Shown here: positions 30,395 through 32,000 of the stretch, piece by piece
Numbering within the stretch: the stretch's first letter is position 1
How the letters are laid out: every line of letters starts with the position of its first letter
DNA from: Candidatus Moranella endobia PCIT
GTDB lineage: Bacteria > Pseudomonadota > Gammaproteobacteria > Enterobacterales > Enterobacteriaceae
DNA length: 32,000 nucleotides
Assembly (NCBI RefSeq): GCF_000219175.1
Contig: NC_015735.1
Location: 450,001 to 482,000, forward strand
Reading direction: 5' to 3'
Position numbers and translations under genes: made by a program
The notes under the pieces: generated by a model
Databases searched by the model: none
What the model was told of the DNA's origin: nothing
The model's input: only the letters and a program-made list of their open reading frames with translations

Positions 30395-32000
30395 TTACAT
30401 CATGTTATTCATACCGCCCATACCTCCTCCTGCATTACCTACGTCAGGTTTATTTTCCTTCGGTAGGTCAGTAACCATGCATTCGGTAGTAATCATCAGA
30501 CCTGCGACTGAAGCTGCATACTGTAGCGCAGAACGGGTTACCTTAGTTGGATCCAGAATACCCATGTCAATCATGTTACCATACTCTTCTGTCGATGCAT
30601 TGTAACCAGTGTTACCTTCACCAGCTTTTACTTTATTAGCAATAACTGACGGCTCTTCACCAGCATTAGCAACAATTTGACGCAGCGGTGCTTCCATAGC
30701 ACGGCGTGCGACCTTAATACCGACATTCTGATCTTCGTTATCACCGCGTAGTTCAGCAATACAGTTTGCTACACGAATCAGTGCTACTCCACCACCAGCG
30801 ACCACGCCTTCCTCTACTGCTGCGCGGGTAGCATGTAGGGCATCTTCAACGCGCGCTTTTTTCTCTTTCATTTCCACTTCGGTCGCGGCACCGACTTTGA
30901 TAACAGCAACTCCACCTGCGAGTTTAGCAACTCGTTCCTGCAGTTTTTCACGATCGTAATCAGAGGTAGCTTCGTCGCGCTGCTGGTTGATCTGAGCAAC
31001 ACGGCTAGCAATCAGTTTTTTGTCACCAACGCCATCAATGATGGTTGTAGTGTCTTTGGTAATAACGACACGTTTGGCCTGACCCATATCATCAAGAGTT
31101 GCTTTTTCCAGCTCCAGACCAATCTCCTCAGAAATAACGGTACCTGCAGTAAGGATAGCGATATCTTGCAGCATAGCCTTACGGCGATCGCCAAAGCCAG
31201 GTGCTTTTACAGCAGCTACTTTAACTATACCGCGCATAGTGTTTACCACTAGTGTAGCTAGCGCTTCGCCTTCAACGTCTTCAGCAATAATTAGTAGCGG
31301 TTTACCTGCTTTGGCAACTGCTTCGAGTACAGGCAACATTCCTCTGATATTAGATATTTTCTTGTCGGCAAGTAGAATAAATGGGCTTTCTAGTTCAACG
31401 GTACCTGTCTCTGGTTTGTTGACAAAATACGGGGATAGGTAACCACGGTCAAACTGCATTCCTTCAACCACGTCAAGCTCATCTTGCAGACCGGAACCCT
31501 CTTCTACGGTTATAACGCCTTCCTTACCAACTTTAGCCATAGCTTCCGCGATCAGAGTACCAACGGTCTCATCGGCATTAGCTGAAATAGTACCAACCTG
31601 AGCAATTGCTTTAGAATCGGAACAAGGCACAGATAGTTTTTTCAGTTCTTCTACAGCTGAAATAACTGCTTTATCGATCCCACGCTTCAGGTCCATAGGG
31701 TTCATGCCAGCAGCAACAGCCTTCAGTCCTTCGTTAACGATAGACTGTGCTAGCAAGGTAGCAGTAGTAGTGCCATCACCTGCAGCGTCATTTGCTTTTG
31801 AGGCAACTTCCTTCACCATCTGGGCGCCCATGTTCTCGAATTTATCTTCGAGTTCTATTTCACGTGCGACTGAAACGCCATCTTTCGTGATAACTGGCGC
31901 GCCAAATGATTTGTCCAGTACTACATTTCGGCCTTTAGGACCCAAGGTCACTTTTACCGCGTCGGCCAGCACATTAACTCCGCGAAGCATTTTTACGCGA
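30395..32000 (-). CDS. groEL: Chaperonin GroEL (60 kDa), N-terminal 15-16 codons lie beyond the window edge
   Basis: The - strand ORF ...(ARVK)[77 protein letters not shown] is nearly identical to E. coli GroEL from residue about 13. It ends in a Gly-Met-rich tail [11 protein letters not shown]. Confidence 0.98.
   Translation of the reverse strand, partial: RVKMLRGVNVLADAVKVTLGPKGRNVVLDKSFGAPVITKDGVSVAREIELEDKFENMGAQMVKEVASKANDAAGDGTTTATLLAQSIVNEGLKAVAAGMNPMDLKRGIDKAVISAVEELKKLSVPCSDSKAIAQVGTISANADETVGTLIAEAMAKVGKEGVITVEEGSGLQDELDVVEGMQFDRGYLSPYFVNKPETGTVELESPFILLADKKISNIRGMLPVLEAVAKAGKPLLIIAEDVEGEALATLVVNTMRGIVKVAAVKAPGFGDRRKAMLQDIAILTAGTVISEEIGLELEKATLDDMGQAKRVVITKDTTTIIDGVGDKKLIASRVAQINQQRDEATSDYDREKLQERVAKLAGGVAVIKVGAATEVEMKEKKARVEDALHATRAAVEEGVVAGGGVALIRVANCIAELRGDNEDQNVGIKVARRAMEAPLRQIVANAGEEPSVIANKVKAGEGNTGYNASTEEYGNMIDMGILDPTKVTRSALQYAASVAGLMITTECMVTDLPKENKPDVGNAGGGMGGMNNMM

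Noticed and set aside
30395-30430. The GroEL C-terminal Gly-Met repeat is shortened and altered ([11 protein letters not shown]).
   Set aside because: The GGM tail is naturally variable in length among GroEL orthologues, so this is not evidence of anything unusual.
30381-30605. 74-aa + strand ORF, together with 31239-31442 (+) and 31012-31194 (-).
   Set aside because: They are antisense or alternative frames within groEL.

Overview
This window looks like core chromosome from a genome-reduced, host-restricted Enterobacterales bacterium. That reading is an inference from two things: proteins that I recall as very similar to E. coli orthologues, and several eroded genes and collapsed intergenic scars. 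Gene order left to right: the 3' end of sufB, then sufCDSE (+). gloC/ycbL, lpxK, msbA, fabA and ycbZ follow on the - strand. Next come fldA (+), a shattered prfC pseudogene (+), a full-length recC (-) and a shattered relA pseudogene (-). The complete S10-spc-alpha ribosomal protein supercluster (rpsJ to rplQ, 28 genes including secY, rpmJ and rpoA, all intact, +) comes next. The window ends with convergent groEL (-), which runs off the right edge. I found no transposase, integrase, phage, CRISPR, toxin-antitoxin or defence-like genes, and no long unexplained ORF. I therefore do not see a novel multi-gene system here. The points worth a second look are all genome-erosion signals. They include two housekeeping regulators or factors (relA, prfC) caught in mid-decay, and an orphan recC with an apparent in-frame internal gap. 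A 337-bp scar lies where about a dozen genes sit in E. coli and contains a stop-interrupted membrane-like frame. The rplW stop is displaced so that L23 reads into rplB, FabA has a catalytic Asp-to-Glu change, a tRNA-like relic sits at one junction, and there are a few repeat or homopolymer oddities. All homology statements come from my recall of E. coli K-12 sequences and gene order, not from a database search.
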